From positions 4,000,001 through 4,064,000 of the forward strand of contig OZ240248.1 in the NCBI GenBank assembly GCA_965198235.1: 64,000 bases of DNA. The letters run 5' to 3'. The stretch is from Candidatus Poribacteria bacterium (lineage in GTDB: Bacteria > Poribacteria > WGA-4E > WGA-3G). Shown here piece after piece: positions 1 to 9,310 of the stretch (its first letter is position 1; every line of letters begins with the position of its first letter). The position numbers were made by a program, and so were the translations under genes. The notes beneath the pieces were generated by a model. That model was not told the origin of the DNA, ran no database searches, and was given only the letters and a program-made list of their open reading frames with translations.

Positions 1-20
1 GACCTCTCTTACCGTTATGT

Positions 21-49
21 TTGACGTATCCCCGAATTTGTGATACAAT
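21..49 (+). promoter_or_regulatory. sigma70-type promoter for GNAT gene
   Basis: TTGACG-17 bp-TACAAT about 30 nt upstream of ATG 81. Confidence 0.65.
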
Positions 50-80
50 TCCTTTTTACATCACTCCATAGGGAACGTAA

Positions 81-1409
81 ATGCCAAAAAACAGTATTCT
101 CTCGCAAATGCCGATAGATCTCGGTGATAACTTAAAACTTCGATTCGCCACACCTGCCGACACGGATGTCCTCGCTGAATTCAACACCCGTCTTCATGAA
201 GAAATGAGTGTGGGTCCAGGGGTCCGAGACTTGATGTTGGGAGATCACCCTACCTGCAAGGCAAGCGATTTTACTGTTGTTGAAGACACCAACACCGGGA
301 AAATTGTATCATCTCTTTGTCTTATTTCGCAGACATGGACGTATAGCGGTATCCCGTTCAAGTTCGGGCAACCCGAATTCGTGGCGACTGAACCTGAATA
401 CCGCAGGAGAGGCTTAGTCCGAAAGCAGTTCGAGGTGATTCACGCATTGAGCGAGGCACGCGGCGAATTGATGCAAGGCATCACAGGTATCCCATGGTAT
501 TACCGACTGTTCGGATATGAGATGGCACTCGATATGGAAGCAGAACAGGTCATTGATGGGATACACATCCCGACGCTGAAAAAAGGGGAGACCGAGACAT
601 GTCGGCTCCGACCACGAACGGATGCAGATAACACTTTCATCCAAGACCTTTACGCAAACGCGATCCAATCTCATGTCTTTGCCTGCCCGCGCACGCCGGC
701 ACTCTGGGAATACGAGTTCAATGGACGCTCAGCGGGGAGCGAGGCACGACATGAATGGCTACTCATCGAAGGTATGGAAGGGACGCGACTCGGATATGTA
801 CAATATCTTCAGTGGTGCTACGAGAATTTCCTTGTGATGCGGATGGAACTCAAACCGGGGGTGGGCTGTCTACATCTCATTCCATCACTGCTGCGAGCGT
901 TGTGGAAAAAGGCAGAGACAACACCGGTTGTCGCCGAGAATGACAACCCAAAAGCAACAGGTGTGCAGTTCATGTTGGGGCGCGAGCATCCTGTCTATCA
1001 AGCATTACCTAAAGGTATCGTCCGTAAGGACCAGCCGTATGCGTGGTATATCCGGGTGCCAGATTTGATAGTGTTTCTACGGCATATCCAACCCGCACTC
1101 GAAAAACATCTCGTCGGAACTATTGCGGAGGGTTACACCGGTGAACTCAAACTCAACTTCTATCGAAGTGGAATCCACTTTACATTTGAACGCGGGCGCA
1201 TGACAAAACTTACTGATTGGACACCGGAAGACGTTGAGAACGGAGATGCGGCATTCCCTGACTTAACTTTCTTGCAGCTGCTGTGCGGACGTTGTCGAAC
1301 AGAAGAGCTAACATCAAGTTTCGTTGATTGCTGGACGAATGGCACTACCGCTGCGGTACTCCTTGATTGCCTGTTCCCACCGTTTACAAGCGAGGTCTGG
1401 CATCTCTAA
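81..1409 (+). CDS. GNAT family N-acetyltransferase (Eis-like)
   Basis: 442-aa ORF; acetyl-CoA motif VATEPEYRRRGL, YYRLFGY; SCP2-like C-terminus. Confidence 0.8.
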   Translation: MPKNSILSQMPIDLGDNLKLRFATPADTDVLAEFNTRLHEEMSVGPGVRDLMLGDHPTCKASDFTVVEDTNTGKIVSSLCLISQTWTYSGIPFKFGQPEFVATEPEYRRRGLVRKQFEVIHALSEARGELMQGITGIPWYYRLFGYEMALDMEAEQVIDGIHIPTLKKGETETCRLRPRTDADNTFIQDLYANAIQSHVFACPRTPALWEYEFNGRSAGSEARHEWLLIEGMEGTRLGYVQYLQWCYENFLVMRMELKPGVGCLHLIPSLLRALWKKAETTPVVAENDNPKATGVQFMLGREHPVYQALPKGIVRKDQPYAWYIRVPDLIVFLRHIQPALEKHLVGTIAEGYTGELKLNFYRSGIHFTFERGRMTKLTDWTPEDVENGDAAFPDLTFLQLLCGRCRTEELTSSFVDCWTNGTTAAVLLDCLFPPFTSEVWHL

Positions 1410-1567
1410 TTGGCGGTCAGCCGTCAGCCATTCTTTCCAATACCCGATCGCGACTCCAACAAAAACACTTTGTGGCATCAATTTTCAGCGTAGGGTGTGC
1501 TAAACCCGCATGATTGACACGAGACACTCTTACTGATCGCTGACGGTTTCCAATAGCCAATATAACA

Positions 1568-2137
1568 ATGGTTACCCAATCGCATGTCGTCCTCAACATA
1601 GCACTCCTCTCAAAGCGAGACAAACCTTTTCTTCACTTCTATGCCTTCATCGGTGCTGTCCTTCCTGACCTACCGATGTTCGTCTTCTTCGCAGTCGAAA
1701 CTTTTATCCGTCAGACACCACAACGCGAACTCTGGGGTTCACGTTATTTTATGGAGGCATGGCAAACTTTCTTTGACCTCTTCAACGCGATTCCGCTGAT
1801 TCTGATCGTTCTGGGGATTGGATATTACCTACTGAACTCCGAGAAAACCGTCGTTTTTGCGTGGAGCATGCTCCTCCATTGCGGCTTCGATTTGTTGACG
1901 CATCACGACGATGGACATCATCACTTCTTTCCGATCTCCGATTTTGTTTTTGAAAGCCCGATTTCTTATTGGGACAGGGATCACTATGGCGGCATCGTTG
2001 CACCGATAGAGCGATTGGTTATGCTCGCTGCTTCCGTTTATCTGTTTCCGAGGTTGAAAACCCGACTTGCGCGTGGTGCTTTGGTGGTAGTGAATGTCCT
2101 GTTCTTGGGTTCCTATCTCCTTTTTCTTTTTCGATAA
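1568..2137 (+). CDS. membrane-bound metal-dependent hydrolase-like protein
   Basis: N-terminal SH, GAVLPDL, LLHCGFDLLTHHDD motifs; hydrophobic segments. Confidence 0.65.
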   Translation: MVTQSHVVLNIALLSKRDKPFLHFYAFIGAVLPDLPMFVFFAVETFIRQTPQRELWGSRYFMEAWQTFFDLFNAIPLILIVLGIGYYLLNSEKTVVFAWSMLLHCGFDLLTHHDDGHHHFFPISDFVFESPISYWDRDHYGGIVAPIERLVMLAASVYLFPRLKTRLARGALVVVNVLFLGSYLLFLFR

Positions 2138-2184
2138 GAGATTAAATAACAGGAGAAGTTAGGAAGTTTGCAGGCAGGGAAGTT

Positions 2185-2282
2185 ATCTCGATTCCATACT
2201 GGTTCGATTAAAAGTGAAAATCTGCAAGTCTTACAGTTATCAAGAACTCTGCGTTTCAATTCCAAATTGGTTCGATTAGAAG
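2185..2282 (-). CRISPR. orphan mini CRISPR array: two 30-bp repeats, one 38-bp spacer
   Basis: Minus strand: CTTCTAATCGAACCAATTTGGAATTGAAAC (2282-2253), spacer 2252-2215, degenerate CTTTTAATCGAACCAGTATGGAATCGAGAT (2214-2185). The ATTGAAAC 3' end is typical of Cas6-processed type I-B/III repeats; no cas genes in window. Confidence 0.75.
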
Positions 2283-2304
2283 GCTTCTCGAAAACCTTGA
2301 ATTT

Positions 2305-2334
2305 ATTATACACGATCCTCACGGGATGTGTCAA
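2305..2334 (-). promoter_or_regulatory. sigma70 promoter driving mini-array
   Basis: Minus strand TTGACA-18 bp-TATAAT; -10 box ends 22 nt before the first repeat. Confidence 0.7.
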
Positions 2335-2371
2335 GTCACTTTTTAGACGCGTAAGATCATTTAATTCACCC

Positions 2372-2476
2372 GTAGGAGGGAACTCCGATTCCCGACTCTG
2401 ACCGCTGACTGCTGATGGCTGATAGCCTCTTTGTAGGAGGGGGAAACACCCAAGCAAAAACACTCCGATTCCCGAC
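2372..2476 (+). repeat. two GTAG-type REP-like units; second carries 21-nt insert
   Basis: GTAGGAGGGAACTCCGATTCCCGAC (2372-2396) vs GTAGGAGGG[GGAAACACCCAAGCAAAAACA]CTCCGATTCCCGAC (2433-2476). Confidence 0.8.
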
Positions 2477-2505
2477 CCCCTACTTCTACAATCCCACAAA
2501 TCCTT

Positions 2506-2661
2506 ATCAAGAAGGACACGGACAGCGGCATCATCAACGACCCAAACGGTTGGTTCAAGAACCCCCGCGACCTCATCACAGCAATAGAGCGCATCGTCCA
2601 CGTCAGCGTCGAATCCACCAAAATCATTGAGGCGTTGCCTTCGGAGATAATTTCGGACTAA
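2506..2661 (+). pseudogene. C-terminal remnant of type ISP (LlaBIII-like) restriction-modification enzyme
   Basis: Frame absent from the ORF track reads IKKDTDSGIINDPNGWFKNPRDLITAIERIVHVSVESTKIIEALP*, resembling the type ISP C-terminal motif (DxxSGIxNDPNxW...VSVET); no start codon. Confidence 0.7.
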
Positions 2662-2766
2662 GGAAGTCCCGGGACGCGTTTGTGTTGGGAGCGCGTCGCG
2701 GCATCTCTATTTCCAACAATCTTAACATTTACATTGGCGAGGTTAGATACCTCGCCAGCAGATAGC

Positions 2767-3273
2767 TTAGATACCCATCCGAAGAGCGACCGCGGCGAGT
2801 AGGATGAGCAGCGACACAACCCCCATCAGGCTCGATACTATTGACATCTGGGAACGGAGTGACTTCACCTCCGGCGGGAGTTCCTCAAGCGTGGGATCTA
2901 ATGTCTCAATCGCTGCTGCGAGTCGCGGTGCGAAAATCATACTGTGCAACGCCGTGAGGATAACCAGCACGAAAAAAAGCACAATTTTGATCAGGAGCGT
3001 CCGCATAAAAGCGTTGGAAATCGCGGTGGCAGAAGTGAGATCCACTGCAAAGAAGATGTTGACGATACCCGTGAAAAATAGTATACCGATACACCCCCAT
3101 ACGATAGGCTCAAAGCGTTTCCCTATTTGCATCAAGAGTTGGATACGCTGGATAGGTGGCAGGCTTTGTCTGAAATGAGGGACAATCACCATCGCTAAAA
3201 TCAGGTTGCCGCCGACCCATATAACAGCAGCAATAACGTGTAGCCAAAGCGTGAAGAGTGAGAATATATCCAT
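2767..3273 (-). CDS. CopD/DUF4149-like membrane protein
   Basis: WLHVIAAVIWVGG motif, four TM helices, FFTGIVN, LLIKIVL. Confidence 0.7.
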   Translation of the reverse strand: MDIFSLFTLWLHVIAAVIWVGGNLILAMVIVPHFRQSLPPIQRIQLLMQIGKRFEPIVWGCIGILFFTGIVNIFFAVDLTSATAISNAFMRTLLIKIVLFFVLVILTALHSMIFAPRLAAAIETLDPTLEELPPEVKSLRSQMSIVSSLMGVVSLLILLAAVALRMGI

Positions 3274-3292
3274 TTTTTATGACTCCTTTTAA

Positions 3293-3359
3293 TAGTTGTC
3301 AGTTTGGAGTGTTGGGCTTTGCTGAGCTCAACCCAACCTACGTGTTAAATTGACACCTA
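3293..3359. mobile_element. small MITE-like element (TA-ended inverted repeats enclosing a REP hairpin)
   Basis: TAGTTGTCAGTTT ... AAATTGACACCTA; same end motif recurs at ~50308 and ~51384. Confidence 0.5.
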
Positions 3360-3379
3360 CAGTGAGGGTGGAACCACAC

Positions 3380-5122
3380 CTACTCGTCGTGAGTGTTCTG
3401 AAGTTTTTCAATGTCGTTGATAACCCGGTCAGCGCGGGCGATCAATGCGTCTCGTTCGTCCGTAGACAGTAGCACAGGCGCGAATCGGTGGTAATCACAC
3501 TTCGTGAGAAGGTCAACAAGCTCGTCAAGAATAGGTTCCGAGATTCCGGCGTGCGTGCATATCTCGCGTGCTGTGTCGATATTCCGCTGTGACAAGTCGA
3601 ATGTCCCCTCAAGATGCTGATAGAGCGTATGTGCGAGTGCGTTCGCGAATGTCGTCGCAGTTTCTGTGGTCCCACTATTTGCGAGTGCTGCAAGTGCCTC
3701 ACGTGCTTGTGAAGCCGGTGTCACCGGTTCTGCCTCGGTATCCTGTGTTTTTCGCTTTCTGAGTCCACTCCCTTCGGGTATACCTGTTCCGGTCTCGGCA
3801 TTTGGTGCCCTTCGCGTAGGTATCACAAACCCGGTGCGGTACCAGAGATACCCTCCTATTCCCAATGCCGCCATCAGAATTGCCAACAAAATTAACCAGA
3901 GTAACCACGGTGAACTACCGGTCTCATCTTCAGCGGTGTCGTTGGGATTGGGACGCACAGAGACAGGGATCGGTGCCGTCTGTGTCGTTGCGTAAACCGC
4001 ACGGTTAGGATCGAAGTAGGTGTATTCGATCGCAGGGATGCGGAATGTGCCCGTTCGGGCAGGGGTTAGGGTGTATACGTAAACTCGACCTACTGGTGTC
4101 ACTCCAGACAGATTGGGTCCGCTCACCATGACCCCGGCGATTGTTGGCAGCTTGGGCGGTGTGACCGTCTGGATGTTGCCATGTCCAGAGATACGGACAG
4201 TGAGCGTTAGCGCGTGTCCAACTTCAATCCAACCGCGCTCAATTTCAGCAGAGATTTGATATTCACCGATAGCACCGTTAAAGTGAGGAGGTCTGTCTGT
4301 TTCGGGAATCGGTTGCACCATTAGCGTCAAAGGTTTGGTCTTCAAGGTTTTGTGTCCTTGCAAGAGTGGTAGTAACAGTTCAGCAGGTGCGAGAACGATC
4401 CGTCCGGTTTTCTTCGGATATAACTTATGCGTGTACTCTTCGATCCAAAATGTCCGCCCGCGAATTTGCTGTGTGTATGTCGGAACCTTTTGAAGTTTCT
4501 CAACGAAGAAATCACGGAATGTCGGGAGTCGTGGGGTTGGGGACTCGCGAGTCGGGAGGACTGTAGTGTAGAGGTGTCGGAAGGTATATGTAAATGGTGC
4601 GTTGAGATACGGTTGTGACGTATTGACCCTTGCTTCAACTTGGTGAATAGCGTTAGTTGAGACATCCACATAGGTGTCGGCACCGCTCACTCGAATTGAA
4701 CCCGGATTCGCGAAATACGGCGTACCTTGATAGGCGAAACGGATATCAGATAGAGCGAAGTCACCGATAGTTTGGGGAATTAGTTCATAAGCCCACGCCA
4801 TAGAAACCGCAATCTTGTTTGCTTCTAACCGTGGTGTCGTTTCGGAATGCAGTGGCACCGCAAGGAACGCCGGTAGGAAATTGAACTGCGGTGCTTCAAT
4901 ATGCTTGATGAAGGTCTCCCCTGAAATTGTGAGGTCCAACCTCGCTTTCTCTCCGAATTGGATGTGACGAGGACTTACCACGGCAGCGACATTGATAACT
5001 GGCTGCATGGACTCTCGCTTCACTATTCCTTGAGCGGTAGCGAGAGGTGGAAAAAGGATCAAGAGGAGACACAAGAAAACAGCCGTAGAGATTTGGTTAA
5101 GCAGTTTACCAATCTTTTTCAC
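3380..5122 (-). CDS. batD: BatD family protein
   Basis: Repeated Ig-like BatD domains, FNGAIGEY and IEYTYFDP motifs, C-terminal TM; probable GTG start at 5122 overlapping batC stop (track ORF begins 5185). Confidence 0.8.
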   Translation of the reverse strand: MKKIGKLLNQISTAVFLCLLLILFPPLATAQGIVKRESMQPVINVAAVVSPRHIQFGEKARLDLTISGETFIKHIEAPQFNFLPAFLAVPLHSETTPRLEANKIAVSMAWAYELIPQTIGDFALSDIRFAYQGTPYFANPGSIRVSGADTYVDVSTNAIHQVEARVNTSQPYLNAPFTYTFRHLYTTVLPTRESPTPRLPTFRDFFVEKLQKVPTYTQQIRGRTFWIEEYTHKLYPKKTGRIVLAPAELLLPLLQGHKTLKTKPLTLMVQPIPETDRPPHFNGAIGEYQISAEIERGWIEVGHALTLTVRISGHGNIQTVTPPKLPTIAGVMVSGPNLSGVTPVGRVYVYTLTPARTGTFRIPAIEYTYFDPNRAVYATTQTAPIPVSVRPNPNDTAEDETGSSPWLLWLILLAILMAALGIGGYLWYRTGFVIPTRRAPNAETGTGIPEGSGLRKRKTQDTEAEPVTPASQAREALAALANSGTTETATTFANALAHTLYQHLEGTFDLSQRNIDTAREICTHAGISEPILDELVDLLTKCDYHRFAPVLLSTDERDALIARADRVINDIEKLQNTHDE

Positions 5123-5735
5123 GACGATATCCACTTTTGCGCTGTTGTTGTAGTAATTTTTGCCGTAGCCTATTTTCATTCTCACTGAAACGTTCTAAGA
5201 GCCGAAGTGCCTCTGCTCTGCCAATGTTGTTCGGCTCGGTTTTCGGTGCAGTGCTTCTATTCGCCTGCTGTTGTGCGAGGTCTTCCTGCTGTTTTAAGAG
5301 TTGAAGTGCCAGTGCGAGGTTATGTTGTGTATCAGCATCTTGAGGGTCCAAGTGGAGCGTTTGCTTGTAAGACGCAATCGCGCCTGTGAGATCACCAACT
5401 TTAAATTGGGCGTTTCCTAAGTTATACAAAATATTGGACCGATTGAGGGTATCTTCAGTTTGTTCGGAGTGCCTTGAGAGTGATGCCTGAAATGTCCGTG
5501 CCGCCTCTCCAAACTTCCCCTGTCTATAGAGCGCAGTTCCCAAGTTATAGTGTGCAACAGGGTTATCAGGTTTGTCAAGCGTTGCCTGTTGAAAAGCGGC
5601 TTGCGCCTCGTCGTAGTTTCCGCGCAAATATGCCTCGTTCCCGTCATTCATGGCGCGGCTCCAACCGCCTATCCATCCGACAAGGGCAACAACGAAAACA
5701 GTCGTAAACGAGCAACAGAGCATCTTGTTCAACAT
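5106..5735 (-). CDS. batC: TPR protein, BatC-like
   Basis: TPR repeats (YNLGTALY, YNLGNAQF), Q-rich linker, C-terminal EKDW; adjacent to batD. Confidence 0.75.
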   Translation of the reverse strand: MLNKMLCCSFTTVFVVALVGWIGGWSRAMNDGNEAYLRGNYDEAQAAFQQATLDKPDNPVAHYNLGTALYRQGKFGEAARTFQASLSRHSEQTEDTLNRSNILYNLGNAQFKVGDLTGAIASYKQTLHLDPQDADTQHNLALALQLLKQQEDLAQQQANRSTAPKTEPNNIGRAEALRLLERFSENENRLRQKLLQQQRKSGYRREKDW

Positions 5736-5870
5736 AGTCTTATTATATCAGATGCTTTTGTGGTTTGCAAACAAATGTAATGGGTTATCGGTTATCGGTT
5801 GTCGGTTGTCGGGCATCAAAGAGGTTGCATCTACAAGTTGACTGGCAATGGTGTAGTTAGGAATGAGAGA

Positions 5871-5903
5871 AAAATAAAAAAGGCGCGCTTAGAAAGCGCG
5901 CCT
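5871..5903 (-). terminator. intrinsic terminator / REP hairpin downstream of paralog 1
   Basis: AGGCGCGCTT-AGA-AAGCGCGCCT stem followed by T-rich run on minus strand. Confidence 0.55.
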
Positions 5904-5922
5904 ACAAAAATAGCGACAAGTC

Positions 5923-6759
5923 TTACTTGCGTTTGATGTCCGCCCAGGTTGTTGTCAATTTCCCAGCGGGTTCGACGGAGACAACCAGCGGTTGGATTTC
6001 ATCGAAGAAGCTCTGCTTATCGGTTGCATCTTTGGGATAGATGGTAACGGCATTGTGCGTTGCCTCGTCAAAGTGCAAGTTCAGATAGGCAGCACCACCG
6101 GACTCACCGCACCGGTAAAGGAAGACGTTGGCACCCTTTTGCAATTCAACTTCAACGGTGTGAAGAATCTTTCGGGCACCACCCGTCCATCTGGTATTGT
6201 TGTACCATTTTTCACCGTTAATCCAGATTTGTGCCCAATCATCGTGTGCTGGGGACATCACGGATGTCATGTCACTCGGTGAATCAATAACGCACATAAC
6301 ATAGGTATCGATGTTATCAGCGGGACCGTCCCGGTTCATATTGTGGTCGTTCGTGACATCGAGTTCAAAGACCGTCCACGCGCGGTCCCCGCCGTGGTCA
6401 TCTCCCCATTTCATATCAATATCTTGGGTCATGAGCAAACCTTCAAGCGTTGAAAGGGAGGCTTGTGTCAGTTTACCGCCGCTCCCTTCCTCGATGAAGT
6501 CCATCGGACCGGAAACTTGGAAGGTTCCATTGTTTTCATAGTTTCCCTCGGGACCGTACCACTTACTGATCCACGTATCTACAGCAATATCATCTTGTCT
6601 AAGGGCATCACCGTTGGGGTCTGGATCTTCTAAGAGGTCGGCTTCCGCTAAGGGACCACCGGAGATCGCGTTAGCCTGTGCAAATACAAGTTGTGAACCA
6701 CTGACAATGAGTGTGAATACAATCACAATTGCGAGTGTAAAAGTATTTAATCTTTTCAT
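5923..6759 (-). CDS. secreted PA14-like beta-sandwich protein with C-terminal VEPAGKLTTTWADIK motif (paralog 1)
   Basis: Signal peptide; SPAHDDWAQIWING, ELQKGAN; conserved with paralogs 2 and 3. Confidence 0.7.
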   Translation of the reverse strand: MKRLNTFTLAIVIVFTLIVSGSQLVFAQANAISGGPLAEADLLEDPDPNGDALRQDDIAVDTWISKWYGPEGNYENNGTFQVSGPMDFIEEGSGGKLTQASLSTLEGLLMTQDIDMKWGDDHGGDRAWTVFELDVTNDHNMNRDGPADNIDTYVMCVIDSPSDMTSVMSPAHDDWAQIWINGEKWYNNTRWTGGARKILHTVEVELQKGANVFLYRCGESGGAAYLNLHFDEATHNAVTIYPKDATDKQSFFDEIQPLVVSVEPAGKLTTTWADIKRK

Positions 6760-6801
6760 GCTATATCCTATATCCTTTTTAGAGATTAAAACCTAAAGTT
6801 A

Positions 6802-6907
6802 TTAGGACGCGTTATAATGCCTCCTAAGATTCTTTAACTGGTTATATAACGTTGAAATAGCGTTCAACATTACAATTTATTATAACACCTCGACAGAAGT
6901 TTGTCAA
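6802..6907 (-). promoter_or_regulatory. consensus promoter plus two-hairpin 5' leader (copy 1)
   Basis: TTGACA(6907-6902)-17-TATAAT(6884-6879); hairpins 6845-6874 and 6802-6827. Confidence 0.7.
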
Positions 6908-7020
6908 GGGAACTATAGTTATCAGAGAGAATCACGAGCATGGGGAAATCCGAAGAAACACTCGCTCCTACAGGAAAATGGCAGTCAGTAATCAGCCGTC
7001 AATCGTCTAAACGACAACCG

Positions 7021-7076
7021 TAAAAAACAAAAAATCAAGAAAAAGCCCTTGTCTGAAAAGCATAGACAAGGGCTTT
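7021..7076 (-). terminator. intrinsic terminator of paralog 2
   Basis: 13-bp stem AAAGCCCTTGTCT/AGACAAGGGCTTT followed by T-runs on minus strand. Confidence 0.75.
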
Positions 7077-7082
7077 GGTTAA

Positions 7083-7934
7083 CTAACGATTCCGCTTAAT
7101 ATCTGCCCAGGTGCTTGTCGCCTTTCCGGTAGGATCGACTGGCAAAACACCACGAACCTCATCGAAGAAGCTCTTCTGGTTTTTCGCCTTTTGTGGGTAG
7201 ATTTCGCAGACTTTGTGCGTGTTACTGTCAAAGTGCAAATTGAGGTATGCCGCACCGCCGGATTCACCACACCGATAAAGGACGACATTCGCGCCTTTCG
7301 TCAACTGGACTTCGATGTTGTAGTGAACTATCTGCGCGCCCCCTGTCCAGGTACGATCGTTGTACCATTTATCACCGTTGATCCAAATCTGTGCCCAATC
7401 GTCGTGTGCGGGTGACATCACGGACTTCATATCCTTGGGTGCTTTTATAACACACATCACATAAGTATCGATGTTATCAGCAGGACCATCTCTATTCATA
7501 TTATCCTGGTTAGCCACATCGAGTTCAAAAACTGTCCACTCTCGGACACCGCCGTGCTTCTTATCCCAAGCCATTTTAACGGTCTGCGTCAATTTCAAGC
7601 CTTCGACAGTCGAAAGTTTGGGTTCTGTCAGTTTACCTTTGGTGCCTTCGTCAATAAGGTCTCTCGTCCCGGAAACTTGGAAGGATCCATTGTTTTCATA
7701 GTTCCCTTCGGGCCCGTACCACAGACTGATCCAATCTTTAACATCGGCGTGGTTCTCGCCCAACTGTGCAGCGGCGGCTTCCTCGCGCCAGTCCTTCTCT
7801 TTTATAGGACCACCTTTGATATTGACTTTGTGCTTCTGCGCGAATGTGAGGTGAGAAGTACTCACAACCAGTGCGAACATAATTGCCGTCGCGAGCGTAA
7901 ACTGATATACTCTTTTCATTTTTGTCTCCTCCAT
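7083..7934 (-). CDS. secreted PA14-like protein with C-terminal VDPTGKATSTWADIK motif (paralog 2)
   Basis: Signal peptide; long identical blocks with paralogs 1 and 3. Confidence 0.7.
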   Translation of the reverse strand: MEETKMKRVYQFTLATAIMFALVVSTSHLTFAQKHKVNIKGGPIKEKDWREEAAAAQLGENHADVKDWISLWYGPEGNYENNGSFQVSGTRDLIDEGTKGKLTEPKLSTVEGLKLTQTVKMAWDKKHGGVREWTVFELDVANQDNMNRDGPADNIDTYVMCVIKAPKDMKSVMSPAHDDWAQIWINGDKWYNDRTWTGGAQIVHYNIEVQLTKGANVVLYRCGESGGAAYLNLHFDSNTHKVCEIYPQKAKNQKSFFDEVRGVLPVDPTGKATSTWADIKRNR

Positions 7935-7956
7935 ATTGGATAAATAGTTAAGAGCA

Positions 7957-8062
7957 CTGAGTTAAATTACAATGTAACCCAGATTCGTTTATAGGTTATG
8001 TAATGTTGAAGCAGCCCAACATTACAATTTGCTATCATAACATTTGTAGCAAAATTTGTCAA
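7957..8062 (-). promoter_or_regulatory. promoter plus two-hairpin 5' leader (copy 2)
   Basis: TTGACA(8062-8057)-17-TATGAT(8039-8034); hairpins 7999-8026 and 7957-7982. Confidence 0.7.
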
Positions 8063-8350
8063 GAAAAAATATTGAGATTTGGAGATTTTTTCTACAAAGA
8101 GGCGGTCACCGGTCGGTGATCAGTCTGGTCAGACGTAGATTAAGAATGTATATGGGTATATGGGTGTTAATTTTCTGAATCAAGATTGGCAAGCTTCTTC
8201 GATCTTTACAGGATTCGGAGATGCCTTCTACTTTGAATAAACGAAATGGAGACACAAAAAACATAGCGAATTGTAGCACAAGATAGTGTTACAATCCGCC
8301 ATGTGTATGGATAGGGTTAAAAAACACGCCTATAGAATTTGTGAAGTGTT

Positions 8351-9178
8351 CTACTTGCGCTTAATGTCTGCCCAAGTTGTTGCCAATTTTCCGACGGGAT
8401 CAACAGCAAGAGTGCCGGCAATTTCATCGAAGAAACTCTTCTGGTCATTTGCCTTGTCTGGGTAGATATCGACCGCGGCATGCGTTTTATCGTCGAAATG
8501 CAGGTTCATATACGCATGCCCGCCAGATTCGCCACACCGATAAACGACGATATTCGCGCCTTTTACCAATTGAACTTCAATATTAAAGTCCACCTGCTGT
8601 GCGGCACCTGTCCAACGAGAATTGTTGTACCATTTTTCGCCATTAATCCATATCTGCGCGTGGTCATCATGTGCTGGGGACATCACGGATGTCATGTCTT
8701 TGGGTGCGTCGATAACACAGATAGTATACGTATCAATGTTGTCAATGGGACCGTCGCGGTTCATGTGGTGTGCATCCGCTGGATCCAGTTCAAAGACTGA
8801 CCAACCTCTCGGTCCGCCGTTGCCTTTCTTCCAATTGACATCAACAGTTTGGGTCAATTTCAAACCATCAACGGTCGAAAGTTCGGGTTGCGTCAGTTTA
8901 CCGCCGGTGCCTTCCTCAATAAGGTCTTTCGGTGCAGAGGCACCGAACCCACCGCTGTTTTCGTAGTTCCCATCGGGACCATACCACTTCTCGATCCAAT
9001 TTTTGTTCTTGGAGTGATCTTCGTTCAGTTCTCCGGCTGGGTCTTTTAACCAATCTCCCTTTTTTAAAGGACCGCCGTCAATATTGACTTTCCCTTGTGC
9101 GAATGCAAGTTCGGATATGCCCATAGCCAGTGCGAAGATAATCGCTGTCGCGAGTGTAAGTTGATAAAACTTTCTCAT
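8351..9178 (-). CDS. secreted PA14-like protein with C-terminal VDPVGKLATTWADIK motif (paralog 3)
   Basis: Signal peptide; SPAHDDHAQIWING; paralog of the two preceding genes. Confidence 0.7.
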   Translation of the reverse strand: MRKFYQLTLATAIIFALAMGISELAFAQGKVNIDGGPLKKGDWLKDPAGELNEDHSKNKNWIEKWYGPDGNYENSGGFGASAPKDLIEEGTGGKLTQPELSTVDGLKLTQTVDVNWKKGNGGPRGWSVFELDPADAHHMNRDGPIDNIDTYTICVIDAPKDMTSVMSPAHDDHAQIWINGEKWYNNSRWTGAAQQVDFNIEVQLVKGANIVVYRCGESGGHAYMNLHFDDKTHAAVDIYPDKANDQKSFFDEIAGTLAVDPVGKLATTWADIKRK

Positions 9179-9310
9179 TGAAATTTTCCCTCCTTATAGA
9201 TAGACAATTCGCAATGCAGGAACAGGCTTTGGAAACCTGTCTGTCTTGCAAAAGGTTGAGTGAACCTGAATGGAATCCGGATTCACTAAGAAAGTTCCGC
9301 GTTATTAAAC

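Noticed and set aside
2415-2630. 71-aa ORF and antisense ORFs 2113-2601 and 2361-2627
   Set aside because: They run through REP repeats and the wrong frames of the type ISP remnant; not credible genes
5923-9178. Three paralogs as DGR template/variable repeats
   Set aside because: All are full-length ORFs with their own promoters; divergence is spread throughout
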